DNA of 64,000 bases. Origin: Candidatus Eiseniibacteriota bacterium. GTDB taxonomy: Bacteria > Eisenbacteria > RBG-16-71-46 > CAIMUX01 > VGJL01. The notes beneath the pieces are model-generated. The model did not search any database. It saw nothing but the letters and a program-made list of their open reading frames with translations, and was not told the origin of the DNA. Shown piece by piece: positions 49,447-60,124 of the stretch (its first letter is position 1; the number at the start of each line of letters is the position of its first letter). Both the position numbers and the translations under genes were made by a program. The stretch spans positions 288,001-352,000 of the forward strand of contig CAWBWI010000001.1 of assembly GCA_963792585.1 (NCBI GenBank), given 5' to 3'.

Positions 49447-52400
49447 TTGGCCCGAGGATTCGACATCGTCCCACCGTCCGTCACGCGCGTCCTTCTCGTG
49501 GACGACGCGCCCGAATACGTGCGCCTCATCCGCGCGATCCTCTCCCGAGCGCGCTCCATGCGATTCGATGTCGTCTCGACCGGGGACCCCGACGACGCGA
49601 TCCGCAGGATCCGGACGGAGAACTTCGATGCCATCCTGCTCGACTATCGGCTGCCCGGCAGGAACGGACTCGATATCCTCAAGACCATCAACCGCGATCG
49701 CCGTCGTCCGGTCATCATCCTCACCGGCCAAGGGGACGAGAAGATCGCGGTCGAGTTCTTCCATGCGGGCGCATACGACTACATCCAGAAGACGGAAGGT
49801 CGCAGCCTCTCCGAGACGCTCCTTCGCGCTCTGCGCGACCTGCTCAGGCGCCGGGCGATGGAAGAGGAACTCGCCCGCGAGCGGGAGCGCGCGACCGCGG
49901 TCCTGGAGTCCCAGCCGACGATGGTCTGCTGTCTGGACGGGGAGCTGCGGATCCGCGAGACGAATCGTCCTTTTCGCAGGTTCTTTCAAGCGTGGCGCCA
50001 CCCCGAGCGGGGGGATGGCGAACCCGAGGATCCGGCGGGGGTCGTGCTGCCGGAGCAGATCGACGATCCCGCGCTTCGTGACCGGATGATCGAGAGCCTG
50101 CGCGCGGTTCTCGATCGCTCACAGCCGTACCAGGACGAAGTCGAGATCACCGCCGGCGGCGTGCCCTGCGTCTTCTGGCTTCTCGCGGCCCCGCTGCGCG
50201 TAGGGGAGGCGACGGCGGGGATCGTTCTCTCCTACACCGACCTCACCGAGCAACGTTTGGCAACCCGGCTCCAGTTGCGTCTCGCGCGCGCCGTCGACTC
50301 GAGCATGGACGGTGTCGTGATCACCGACGCGCGGGGACGCATCGAGTATTTCAACCCCGCATTCGCCCGGATGACCGGCTACCGTCCCGAGGATCTTCAC
50401 TCGCGGCGCACCCGGCTGCCCCAGATCTCCGCGAACAGCAAGGACCTCGGGCTCTCCGTTCGCGAGAAGCTCGCAAGCGGCGAGGACTGGCAAGGCGAGG
50501 TCGTGAACCGCCGCAAGGACGGATCCCTGTACTTCGCGGACATGACGATCTCGCCGATCCGCGACGACGCGGGCCAGCAGGTCGGCTTCGTATCGACCGA
50601 GCGCGACGTGACGGAGCGCAAGGTCTTCACCGACGAGTTGATCAAAGCCCGGGAAGCCGCCGAGGAGAGCCTGCGGGCGAAGGACATGTTCCTCGCGACC
50701 GTCTCGCACGAGCTGCGGACCCCGCTGACGAGCATCATCGGTTTCGCCGATCTTCTCCTCCTCGACTCCGGACTGCCAGGCCATTGCCATGGTTTCGCCG
50801 AGAGCATCATGCGGGGTGGGCGACACCTGAAGCGCCTGATCGACAACATCCTCGATCTGTCGCGCTTCACCGGGGGGAGATTCTACCTCGACCTGGAGCC
50901 GTTGAGTCTGCGGTCGGTCCTCGACGAGGCCCTCGAGATGGTCCGGGCCGAGGCGGAGGCGAAGGGGATCGTCTGCGACCTCGAGATCGATCCCCGGCTG
51001 CCCGGCACCGCCGTGATCGACCGGATGAAGCTGCAACAGGTGCTCCTGAACCTGCTCTCGAACGCGGTGAAGTACTCGGGAGGGGGTCGGGTGTGCCTCA
51101 GCGCCGGCCCGCTCTTCACTGCGGAAAGCGCGTCCGCGGGAGAGAAGCCGCGGATGATGCTCTTCAGCGTGAGTGACCAGGGACCCGGGATCCCTGCCGA
51201 CCAGCAGCGGCGCATCTTCGAGGAGTTCGTGCAACTCGACAACGGCGCGCAGCAACGTCGAAGCGGAACGGGTCTGGGTCTCTCGATCTCGCAGCGCCTG
51301 GTCCGGCTCATGGGCGGGACGATCTGGGTGGAATCAGAACCGGTCGGAGGCGCGCGCTTCTCGTTCACCCTCCCCCTCACGACCCCCGAGGGCGCCGCGC
51401 CCGCGCACGTCGCCGGCGAGGGGCGCGCAGAAGGACCGTGCCTGCTCCTCCACCGGATCCATCCGGGGCTGATCCCCGGCGAAGTGGAGCTGGGGGGTTG
51501 GGGATACCGGCTCGCGATCACCACGACGGGCGAAGAACTCCAACGGGCCGCCGGGGCCGATGATCCCTTCGCCTGTGTGGTCTCCACCGGCGTCGAGATC
51601 GCGTCGAGCCTGGTGCAGATCGCGGAGGCTTCGGCGATCGCCGCCGATCGGGTGGCCTGGTTCCTCATCGGCCGAACGGCGGACGGCGACGCGATGGCGC
51701 TCGCGCGCGTGGTGCCGCTCGGAGACACCCCCGGGCCACGCGCCGTCTCGCGCCTGATGCGAGCCTTCGGGAGCTTGCCGGCCGGCAATCGCCGCTTCAT
51801 CGTCGACCCGCAGGATACCGAGACCTCCACGTGGGTTCGCGGGTCGGTCGGCGAGAGCGGGATCTCGGTCCAGGCGTTCGGCCCCAACGGGCGCCCGCCC
51901 GAAATCGACGAAGACGACGGCGTCGTGCTGGTGCTCGATCTCTCGCGCTCCGCGCTCCGCGCATTCGAACTCTGGCGGACGATGGCCGATCGCGTCCCAC
52001 GCCTGCTCGTCGCGCTGCGCTATCCCAGGTCCCATAGCCGAAGCTGGATCGAACGGGTCGATTCCTCGTGGGCGACGGTCGCCGAGTCGTTCGCCGCCCG
52101 CTCGGCACAGCGCCTTCGCTGGATGCTCAACGCGATTCACACCTGCGCGTCTCAGGGACGGGCGAGCGGGGCCGGCGCGCTCTCCGATGGCCTGACGGTC
52201 GGGACGGATCTGTCCGGGCCGCTTCCGCGTCCTTCGGGCCCGATCCTCGTGGTCGAGGACGACGTGGAGAATCGCTCCCTCATCTGCCGGATGCTCGCCT
52301 CGTTCGACCTCCCATCGCGGGCAGCCGGTGACGGCGCCGAAGCATTGAAGATCGCGGCGGTGGAGCACCCGTCGATGGTCCTGATGGACCTGCAGATGCC

Positions 52401-52665
52401 CGACATGGATGGATGCGAGGTGACGCGGGCATTCCATCGGGTCAGCGGGAGCGACCACCTCCCAGTCGTGGCCATGACGGCACACGTTGGTCCGGAGGAC
52501 CGCAGACGGTGTCACGAGGCGGGTTGCATCGATTTCCTCCCCAAACCGATCGAACGGGGAGACCTGCTTCGCGTGTTGCACCGGTGGCTCGGGCCCGCGG
52601 GTCCGCATCCGATCGAAGAACACACGCCCGTCGTGCCCGGCGAGGATATTCCGCTATCTCGTTGA
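49447..52665 (+). CDS. Cytoplasmic hybrid histidine kinase (REC-PAS-PAS-HisKA-HATPase-...-REC)
   Basis: LLDYRLPG, WQGEVVNRRKDG, SHELRTPL, NLLSNAVKY, GTGLGL, LMDLQMP. Confidence 0.9.
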   Translation: MARGFDIVPPSVTRVLLVDDAPEYVRLIRAILSRARSMRFDVVSTGDPDDAIRRIRTENFDAILLDYRLPGRNGLDILKTINRDRRRPVIILTGQGDEKIAVEFFHAGAYDYIQKTEGRSLSETLLRALRDLLRRRAMEEELARERERATAVLESQPTMVCCLDGELRIRETNRPFRRFFQAWRHPERGDGEPEDPAGVVLPEQIDDPALRDRMIESLRAVLDRSQPYQDEVEITAGGVPCVFWLLAAPLRVGEATAGIVLSYTDLTEQRLATRLQLRLARAVDSSMDGVVITDARGRIEYFNPAFARMTGYRPEDLHSRRTRLPQISANSKDLGLSVREKLASGEDWQGEVVNRRKDGSLYFADMTISPIRDDAGQQVGFVSTERDVTERKVFTDELIKAREAAEESLRAKDMFLATVSHELRTPLTSIIGFADLLLLDSGLPGHCHGFAESIMRGGRHLKRLIDNILDLSRFTGGRFYLDLEPLSLRSVLDEALEMVRAEAEAKGIVCDLEIDPRLPGTAVIDRMKLQQVLLNLLSNAVKYSGGGRVCLSAGPLFTAESASAGEKPRMMLFSVSDQGPGIPADQQRRIFEEFVQLDNGAQQRRSGTGLGLSISQRLVRLMGGTIWVESEPVGGARFSFTLPLTTPEGAAPAHVAGEGRAEGPCLLLHRIHPGLIPGEVELGGWGYRLAITTTGEELQRAAGADDPFACVVSTGVEIASSLVQIAEASAIAADRVAWFLIGRTADGDAMALARVVPLGDTPGPRAVSRLMRAFGSLPAGNRRFIVDPQDTETSTWVRGSVGESGISVQAFGPNGRPPEIDEDDGVVLVLDLSRSALRAFELWRTMADRVPRLLVALRYPRSHSRSWIERVDSSWATVAESFAARSAQRLRWMLNAIHTCASQGRASGAGALSDGLTVGTDLSGPLPRPSGPILVVEDDVENRSLICRMLASFDLPSRAAGDGAEALKIAAVEHPSMVLMDLQMPDMDGCEVTRAFHRVSGSDHLPVVAMTAHVGPEDRRRCHEAGCIDFLPKPIERGDLLRVLHRWLGPAGPHPIEEHTPVVPGEDIPLSR

Positions 52666-52691
52666 CAGCCTCCGCGCGCCCTTCCTAACAT
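52662..52691 (+). promoter_or_regulatory. Sigma70-type promoter upstream of pepA
   Basis: TTGACA-18-TAACAT. Confidence 0.6.
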
Positions 52692-52819
52692 GGAGTTTGT
52701 TATTCCCGCATTCGTAGCTGGTTACGTCGTTCCGTGCTCGGCGGCGCGTTCCGTCCGCCGTGCGCTTCGGGGGTTCATCGGGTCCACTCGACCTGGGGGC
52801 GTCCGATGGAGGTGAGGGG

Positions 52820-54346
52820 ATGTCGCACGAATCGATCCGCGATCTCGCGTTGACGGTGGGGAATCCGTCGACGTTCGAGGCGGACGTCACGGTCGTCGGT
52901 TTCTACGAGGGAAGCGGTCTGGAGGGCTCGGCCGCCGAACTCGACGGCGCCTCGGGTGGAATGCTCAAGCGCGCGATGGAGAGCGGGGATTTCAAAGGAG
53001 AACTGAACGAAGCTCTCCTGCTCTATACGCTTCAGGGGCCGGCGCCGAGGATCCTGCTGGTCGGCCTCGGCAAGCGGGATGAGCTGACGGCGGAGCGAAT
53101 CCGCTGCGCGGCCGCGACCGCAGCGCGCCGTTGCCGCGACATCGGGGCCAAGAAGGCGGCGGCCGCGCTTTACGGTAAGGGCTCGCCGCTGCCCGCCGAC
53201 GACGCGGCGCAGGCCTTCGCCGAGGGAGCGCGTGCTCGGCACCTACCAGTATCGTCGAGTACCGCACGAAGGACCGAGAGAAGGTCAAGGTACTCGAGCG
53301 GCTCGATGTCCTCGTGCCCGACGACAAGATCCGCGCGGCCGCGGAAGCGGCCTTCTACCGGGGCAGCAAGCTCGGCGCCGCCGTGAACTACGTCCGCACG
53401 ATCTCGAATCATCCGGGCAATCACGCGACCCCTAGTTTCCTCGCAGCCGAGGCGGAGCGAATCGCCCGCGAGTCAAACGGCTGCGCTGCACGATCTTCGA
53501 GCGTGCAGAAGATGGAAGAGCTGGGCATGGGGGCCCTGCTCGGCGTCGCGAAAGGTTCTCACGAGCCGCCACGCTTCATCCTCCTCGAATACGACTGCGG
53601 GGACCCGAAGGCTCCGACGGTCGCGATCGTCGGCAAGGGGCTGACCTTCGATGCGGGCGGAATCTCGATCAAGCCGTCCGCCAAGATGGAGGAGATGAAG
53701 TACGACATGTGCGGCGGCGCCGCCGTGCTCGGGATCATGTCGGTCCTGCGCGGACGCGGGGGTTCGCGTCAACGTGATCGGCGCGGTTCCCTCGACCGAG
53801 AACCTCCCGGGAGGAGGCGCATACAAGCCGGGCGACATCCTGCGCAGCTATCTCGGGCAAGACGATCGAGGTGCAGAACTGCGACGCCGAGGGGCGGCTG
53901 ATCCTCGCCGACGCTCTCTCCTACGTGGCGCGAGACCACAAGCCGGCCGCGATCGTCGACATGGCGACCCTGACCGGGGCGGTCGTGATCGCCCTCGGTC
54001 ACTACGGCGCCGGCCTGCTGTCGAACGACGACGCGCTCGCGTCGAAGCTCGAGGAATCGAGCAAGCGCGACCGGCGAGCGCGTCTGGCGCCTCCCGATCT
54101 GGGAGGAGATCGACGATCATCTGAAGAGCGACTATCGCCGACCTCAAGAACATCGCCGACGGCGGCGCCGGGGCCGGCACGATCGCGGGGGCCGCCTTCC
54201 TCGGCAACTTCGTCGACGGCGTTCCGTGGGCCCACATCGACATCGCCGGGACCGCCTGGTGGGAGAAGGATCGCCCCCACCTGCCGAAGGGGCCGAGCGG
54301 GTTCGGGGTGCGTCTGATCGTCGAGATGCTTCGGGCCTGGGACTAG
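52820..54346 (+). CDS. pepA: Leucyl aminopeptidase M17; several frameshifts
   Basis: [43 protein letters not shown] spread over frames. Confidence 0.9.
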
Positions 54347-54362
54347 AGTAGGGAGGATGGGG

Positions 54363-55296
54363 ATGAGCCATCATCGACTGGTGATCCTGGGAACCGGGCC
54401 CGCCGGTCTGACGGCGGCGCTCTATGCGGCGCGCGCGAATCTCGAGCCGCTCGTCGTCGACGGCACGCAGCCGGGCGGGCAGCTCACGATCACGACCGAG
54501 GTCGAGAACTACCCGGGTTTCCCGAAGGGGATCACGGGCCCCGAGCTGATGAACCACTTCCGGGAGCAGGCCGAGCGATTCGGCGCGCAGGTCATCTGCC
54601 GGGAACGTGTCGAGGGCCGACCTGAGCGAGACGCCCATTCGCCTCGCATCGAGGACGGGACGAGTCACGTGCGACGCGCTGGTCATCGCGACCGGAGCGA
54701 CCGCGCGCGTGGCTGGGGATCCCTTCCGAGAAGGCGCTGAGGGGCGCGGCGTCAGCGCGTGCGCCACCTGCGACGGTTTCTTCTTCAAGGGGAAGGAGAT
54801 CGCCGTGATCGGCGGCGGCGACACCGCCATGGAAGAGGCGACCTTTCTCACGAAGTTCGCATCGAAGGTGACGGTCATCCACCGGCGCGACAGTCTCCGC
54901 GGCCTCCAAGGCGATGGAGGAGCGGGCGCGCGCGAACGAGAAGATCGACTTCCGCTGGAACGCGGTCGTGACCGAGGTGCTCGACCCGGGGCAGAAGAAG
55001 GTCACCGGCGTGCGCCTCAAGGACACCGATCACCGGAGGGGAAGACACCCTCGCGGTGCGAGGGGCTCTTCCTCGCCATCGGCCACGTTCCGAACACCGT
55101 GCCGTTCGTGGGGCAACTCGACATGGATGAGAACGGCTACCTGGTCACGGTTCCCGGGACCTCGAAGACGAACCTACCGGGGGTCTTCGCGGCGGGAGAT
55201 GTCCAGGACCACGTCTATCGTCAGGCGATCACGGCAGCAGGAACGGGTTGCATGGCAGCCCTCGACGCGGAACGGTACCTGTCCGGAGGGCATTGA
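54363..55296 (+). CDS. trxB: Thioredoxin reductase; several frameshifts
   Basis: [45 protein letters not shown]. Confidence 0.93.
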
Positions 55297-55832
55297 TGCC
55301 GATTGAGGTCGGGGAACGGGCTTCCGCGTTTCGGCTCCGGGGGATCGACAACGAATTCTGGATCCTCGGCGAACCCGACCGCCGCCGCTGCGTTCTCCTC
55401 GCCTTCGTCCGAAGGGATGTCTCGGCCTGCCGGACGCTGCTCTCCTTCGTCGAACGCCTGAACCGCCGCGCCCGCACGCAGGAGTCCGAGATCCTGGGCA
55501 TCTCGCTGGACGACCACCGCGACACACTGGAGTTCGCGACGGACTACGCATTCACCTTCCCGATGGTGGTGGAGGAGCCGGATCGCGCGACCTTCGGGCG
55601 CTATCGCGTCAGCGAGGTGCCGACACTCTTCCTGCTCGGCCCCGACCTCGTGGTTCGCGACCACTTCGTCGGGTGGTCGAAGGACTCCTTCGAGCGAATC
55701 GCCAAGGTGTTTATCGAAGAATCGGGCGCTCATCCACGCTCCGTCTGGGAGCCGAGCGATGCGCCGCCGGAGATCACGGCCGCCGTCGCCATCGGCGGCC
55801 AGCGGGGTGGGGCGGGGGCCCGCACGGCATGA
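55296..55832 (+). CDS. Redoxin/AhpC-TSA-fold protein
   Basis: VGERASAFRL, GISLD, VPTLFLLG; no CxxC; start overlaps the trxB stop. Confidence 0.75.
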   Translation: MPIEVGERASAFRLRGIDNEFWILGEPDRRRCVLLAFVRRDVSACRTLLSFVERLNRRARTQESEILGISLDDHRDTLEFATDYAFTFPMVVEEPDRATFGRYRVSEVPTLFLLGPDLVVRDHFVGWSKDSFERIAKVFIEESGAHPRSVWEPSDAPPEITAAVAIGGQRGGAGARTA

Positions 55833-56455
55833 TGCCGCTATTTCCACTCGACGTCGCCCTTCTGCCGGGCGGGGAGCTGCTCCTTCACATCTTCGAGCCC
55901 CGCTACCGGAAGATGATCGCGCGCTGCATGCGTGAGCCGTGCAGCTTCGGCGTCGTCCACGCGCACGAGCAGAGCCTCGCGGAGATCGGTTGCGAGGCGG
56001 TCGTCGTCAAGGTCCTGCGCCGGTACCCTGACGGGCGCCTCGACATTCGGGTGCGCGGGATCGAGAGGGTCCGCATCGGCGCGACACGCGAGAGCGAGGA
56101 CGGATACCTCGAGGCGGAGACGGCGTCGATCGACGAAGGGCCGGAGGAGACCGACCACGCGATCGAGGACCGGCTCGACGAGCGCTACCGGGTCTACGCA
56201 TCGCTCACCGGCGACTTGTCGGCCGACCCTCCACCGCGGGGACCCCGGTGGAGCTTTAGCCTTGCGGAGCGCCTGCGTCTCAATGTTTCCGCGCGGCAGG
56301 AACTCCTCGAGATGATGAGCGAGAACGCCAGGCTCCGGAGGATCGAAGAGATGATCGTGGAGATGATCGCGGATCAGCAACGGCGTGGGCTGCTCCAGGG
56401 CGTGGTGCGCGGCAACGGCCGGCTTCACACGCATCCGCCGGGAGGGGATGCGTGA
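55829..56455 (+). CDS. LON peptidase substrate-binding domain protein
   Basis: PLFPL...LHIFEPRY. Confidence 0.9.
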   Translation: MMPLFPLDVALLPGGELLLHIFEPRYRKMIARCMREPCSFGVVHAHEQSLAEIGCEAVVVKVLRRYPDGRLDIRVRGIERVRIGATRESEDGYLEAETASIDEGPEETDHAIEDRLDERYRVYASLTGDLSADPPPRGPRWSFSLAERLRLNVSARQELLEMMSENARLRRIEEMIVEMIADQQRRGLLQGVVRGNGRLHTHPPGGDA

Positions 56456-58125
56456 GCGAGGTCGAACGCGATCAACTGGATGCCGACGTCCTGATCGTCG
56501 GAGGGGGGCCGGCGGGACTCGCGTGCGCGCTGCGCCTCGCGCAGCTGAAGGCCCAACCGGGATCGAAGCTCGCCGACGCCACCATCGTCCTCCTGGAGAA
56601 GGGATCGTACGTCGGCGCGCATGCGATCTCCGGCGCGATCCTCGATCCCCGGGCGTTCCGCGAGCTGATGGGCGATTTCCTCGCCGAAGGATGCCCGGTC
56701 GAGGCCCCCGTCGCTGCCGACGACCTCTACTTCCTATCCAAGCAGGGGCGCTTCCGTTTTCCGATCCTGCCGCCGATGCTCCGCAATCACGGCAACTACA
56801 TCGCGAGCCTCAACAAGGTCGTCAAGTGGATGGCCGCGAAGGTTGAGGCTGCCGGCATCGACGTCTTTCCCGGTTTCGCGGGCCAGGAGCTATTGATCGA
56901 GGACGGGCGCGTGTCGGGCGTGCGGTGCGGGGACCGGGGGGTCGACAAGGACGGCAATCCGAAGGGCAACTACGAGCCCGGCATCGACATCCGCGCGAAG
57001 GTGACGATCCTCGCGGAAGGTTCTCGAGGGAGCCTCACGAAGGCGCTCGTGCGCCGACAGAACCTCGACGAGGGGCGTAACCCGCAGATCTACGCGACCG
57101 GGGTCAAGGAAGTCTGGGAGGTCCCGGAGGGACGCCTGCCGGCCGGAGACGTCGTCCACACGATGGGCTGGCCGCTCGCTGCCGAGGAGTACGGCGGGGG
57201 ATTCCTGTACGGGATGGCTTCGAATCGCGTCTCGGCCGGCTTCGTCGTGGGGCTCGACTATCGCAATCCGTGGACCGATCCGCACGCACTCATGCAGGAA
57301 TGGAAAAGCCACCCGAGCGTGCGCGCCGTCATCGAGGGCGGGAAGCTCGTGACCTACGGGGCGAAGACGATTCCCGAGGGGGGTTTCTTTTCCATCCCGC
57401 AGATCGCGATCGACGGCTGCATGATCGTCGGGGACGCCGCCGGCTTCCTGAACGCGGCGCGGCTGAAGGGGATCCACCTCGGCATGAAGAGCGGGATGCT
57501 CGCCGCGGAGACGGCGGCGGAGGCGATCGATGCGGGCGACTCCTCGAAGGCCCTCCTCGGTCGCTACGAGGATCGGGTGCTTTCCTCCTGGGTCGGGGAC
57601 GAACTGCGGGGGGTCCGGAACTTCCGACAGGGGTTTTCCGGCGGGATCTGGAAAGGGATGCTGCACACGGGCCTCGTCCTCGCGACGGGGGGGCGGGGTC
57701 TGCGGGAGCGTTTGCCCACCCGGCCCGACCACGCGCACATGCTGCGGCTCGAGGAAATGCGTCACCTCGGCCGAAACGCGGCCCCCCCCGAGCGGCGCTT
57801 CGATGGGAATCTGACCTTCGACAAACTCACCGACGTGTACGATTCAGGAACCAGGCACGAGGAGAACCAACCGAGCCATCTGAAGATTGCGGACCTGGAT
57901 ATCTGCAATGGCCGGTGCCGGCAAGAATACGGGAACCCATGCCAGTATTTCTGTCCGGCGTCGGTGTATGAGATGGTCGCGACCGAGGACGGCGGGTCGT
58001 CGCGCCTGCAGGTGAACTTCACCAACTGCGTCCACTGCAAGACGTGCGACATCGCCGATCCGTACGAGATCATCACATGGGTACCGCCCGAGGGGGGAGG
58101 CGGGCCGGACTATATCGACCTGTAG
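56452..58125 (+). CDS. Electron transfer flavoprotein-ubiquinone oxidoreductase
   Basis: GGGPAG, KGIHLGMKSG, HEENQPSHL, FCPA, NCVHCKTCDI. Confidence 0.95.
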   Translation: MSEVERDQLDADVLIVGGGPAGLACALRLAQLKAQPGSKLADATIVLLEKGSYVGAHAISGAILDPRAFRELMGDFLAEGCPVEAPVAADDLYFLSKQGRFRFPILPPMLRNHGNYIASLNKVVKWMAAKVEAAGIDVFPGFAGQELLIEDGRVSGVRCGDRGVDKDGNPKGNYEPGIDIRAKVTILAEGSRGSLTKALVRRQNLDEGRNPQIYATGVKEVWEVPEGRLPAGDVVHTMGWPLAAEEYGGGFLYGMASNRVSAGFVVGLDYRNPWTDPHALMQEWKSHPSVRAVIEGGKLVTYGAKTIPEGGFFSIPQIAIDGCMIVGDAAGFLNAARLKGIHLGMKSGMLAAETAAEAIDAGDSSKALLGRYEDRVLSSWVGDELRGVRNFRQGFSGGIWKGMLHTGLVLATGGRGLRERLPTRPDHAHMLRLEEMRHLGRNAAPPERRFDGNLTFDKLTDVYDSGTRHEENQPSHLKIADLDICNGRCRQEYGNPCQYFCPASVYEMVATEDGGSSRLQVNFTNCVHCKTCDIADPYEIITWVPPEGGGGPDYIDL

Positions 58126-58149
58126 CCCGCCCCAAAGGAGAGAAGAACG

Positions 58150-58674
58150 ATGGCCCTGCTCCCGATCCGCCTGTACGGAGACCCGGTCCTCCGGAAGAAG
58201 AGCAAGCCGATCGAGCAGATCGACGGCGAGATCCTGAGTCTCGCGCTCGACATGATCGAGACGATGCATGAGGCCGACGGGATCGGCCTCGCCGCCGTCC
58301 AGGTCGGCCGGCCCATCCGGATGCTCGTCGCCGATGTCGGCGATCGGGCCCCGAAGGGCGTCTCCAAGATCTACATCAATCCGGTCATCGTCGAGACGGC
58401 TGGGGAATCGGTCTACGACGAGGGGTGCCTGAGCGTGCCCGGGATCAATGCGGAGATCACCCGGCCCGAGGAGATCTCCATCCGTTTCTACGATGGGAAG
58501 GGGAAGGTCCGGGAGGGATGGATCGACGGGTTGCTCGCCCGCGTGCTCCAGCACGAGATCGATCACCTGGACGGCAAGCTGTTCGTGGACTACCTGAGCC
58601 CGGTTCGCCGCGCCCTGATCATGCGAAAACTCAAGGAGTTGCAGAAAGAATCGGGCCGAGCCCCCGCGATGTGA
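58150..58674 (+). CDS. def: Peptide deformylase
   Basis: GIGLAAVQ, EGCLSVP, QHEIDHL. Confidence 0.97.
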   Translation: MALLPIRLYGDPVLRKKSKPIEQIDGEILSLALDMIETMHEADGIGLAAVQVGRPIRMLVADVGDRAPKGVSKIYINPVIVETAGESVYDEGCLSVPGINAEITRPEEISIRFYDGKGKVREGWIDGLLARVLQHEIDHLDGKLFVDYLSPVRRALIMRKLKELQKESGRAPAM

Positions 58675-58755
58675 TCTCGTCCGGGGTGACCTAAGTCATA
58701 GCGACGATTCCCGCCCCGTGGCATCCTCCGCCCCGTGATCCACCATAAGGAGGGG

Positions 58756-60009
58756 ATGATGTCACGAACGCTGTACACGCTTGCAATCTTATCGATCTTC
58801 GCAAGCGGGCCGGCCGCAACGGCTTCCGCGAGCAGCTGCATCGAATGTCACAAGTCGGTAACCCCTGGAGCCGTATCGGATTGGCAGCTCAGCAAGCACG
58901 CCGAGAACGGCATCGACTGCTCCGCCTGCCACGGCGAGGGGCATCAGAGCGCGGCCGACGTGTCGAAGGCAAAGGTCCCGACACCCGAGACGTGCGGGAC
59001 CTGCCATGAGGAGCGGGTTCGCCAGTACCTCTCCGGCAAGCACGCAGCCGCTTGGGCGGCGATGAAGGCGATGCCGACCATCCACTACCAACCGATGGCG
59101 ATGATCGAGGGGATGAAGGGTTGCGGCGGCTGCCACAAGATCGGCGTCAAGACACCCGAGGAGATCCAGGGGCTCGCGGCCGAGGGCGGGCACGCCTTCG
59201 GCATCGCTTCCTGCGACGCCTGCCACACCCGTCACACCTTCTCTGTCGTGGAGGCGCGTCAGCCGCAGGCATGTCAGACCTGCCACATGGGTTTCGATCA
59301 CCCGCAGTGGGAGATGTACTCGGCCTCGAAGCACGGGGTCCGGGCGCTCCTGAAGCAGAACGGGACTCTTCCCCAGACGGCGGCCGGTCCGACCTGCCAA
59401 ACCTGCCATATGCCGGACGGGGACCACGGCGTGATGACGGCATGGGGCTTCCTCGCCGTACGCCTTCCGATGCCGGAGGACCCGCAGTGGGCGGCCGACC
59501 GCGCGACGATCTTGCAAGGACTCGGCGTGCTCGATCCCCAGGGAAACCCGACCGCGCGCCTGGACGTCGTGAAGGCCGCCTCCGTCGCGCGGCTCACCGA
59601 GGAGGAGTGGCAGGCGCAGCGGACCAAGATGTTGAAGGTCTGCGGCGACTGTCATTCCGAGAACTTCGCGAAGGGGGAGTTGGCGAAGGGCGATGCGATG
59701 ATCCGCGAAGTCGACCACCTGATGGCGCAGGGGATCCGCGAGGTGGCCGGCCTCTACAAGGACGGCCTGATCGCGAAGCCGGCGGGGGCCGCGGCCGCGT
59801 TCCCGGACCTGCTCACCTTCCACGACGCGGCCACCCCGATCGAGCAGCGGCTCTTCCTCATGTTCCTAGAGCACCGGATGCGCGCGTTCCAGGGAACCTT
59901 CCACGCGAATCCCGACTATGCGCTCTGGTATGGGTGGAGCGAGATGGTCCAGGACCTGACGGAGATCAAGGCAAAAGCGGCCGAGATGCGGGAGCGGGCG
60001 CACCGGTAG
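58756..60009 (+). CDS. Octaheme cytochrome c, hydroxylamine oxidoreductase family
   Basis: Signal peptide; eight CxxCH motifs; CHTRH, GFDHPQWE, HANPDY. Confidence 0.9.
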   Translation: MMSRTLYTLAILSIFASGPAATASASSCIECHKSVTPGAVSDWQLSKHAENGIDCSACHGEGHQSAADVSKAKVPTPETCGTCHEERVRQYLSGKHAAAWAAMKAMPTIHYQPMAMIEGMKGCGGCHKIGVKTPEEIQGLAAEGGHAFGIASCDACHTRHTFSVVEARQPQACQTCHMGFDHPQWEMYSASKHGVRALLKQNGTLPQTAAGPTCQTCHMPDGDHGVMTAWGFLAVRLPMPEDPQWAADRATILQGLGVLDPQGNPTARLDVVKAASVARLTEEEWQAQRTKMLKVCGDCHSENFAKGELAKGDAMIREVDHLMAQGIREVAGLYKDGLIAKPAGAAAAFPDLLTFHDAATPIEQRLFLMFLEHRMRAFQGTFHANPDYALWYGWSEMVQDLTEIKAKAAEMRERAHR

Positions 60010-60031
60010 GCGCCGGGCGGGTTCGACGCAC

Positions 60032-60064
60032 GAAACGGGAGGGCGCGCCACGCCCCCCCGTTTC
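60032..60064. terminator. Hairpin between convergent genes (probable terminator)
   Basis: GAAACGGGAGGGCG / CGCCCCCCCGTTTC, 14-bp stem with one mismatch. Confidence 0.65.
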
Positions 60065-60124
60065 CATGCTCGGCCCGATCCCTGACCGGGCCGCGTCTGT
60101 CCGCTGCGATGCGGACCGCCTACC

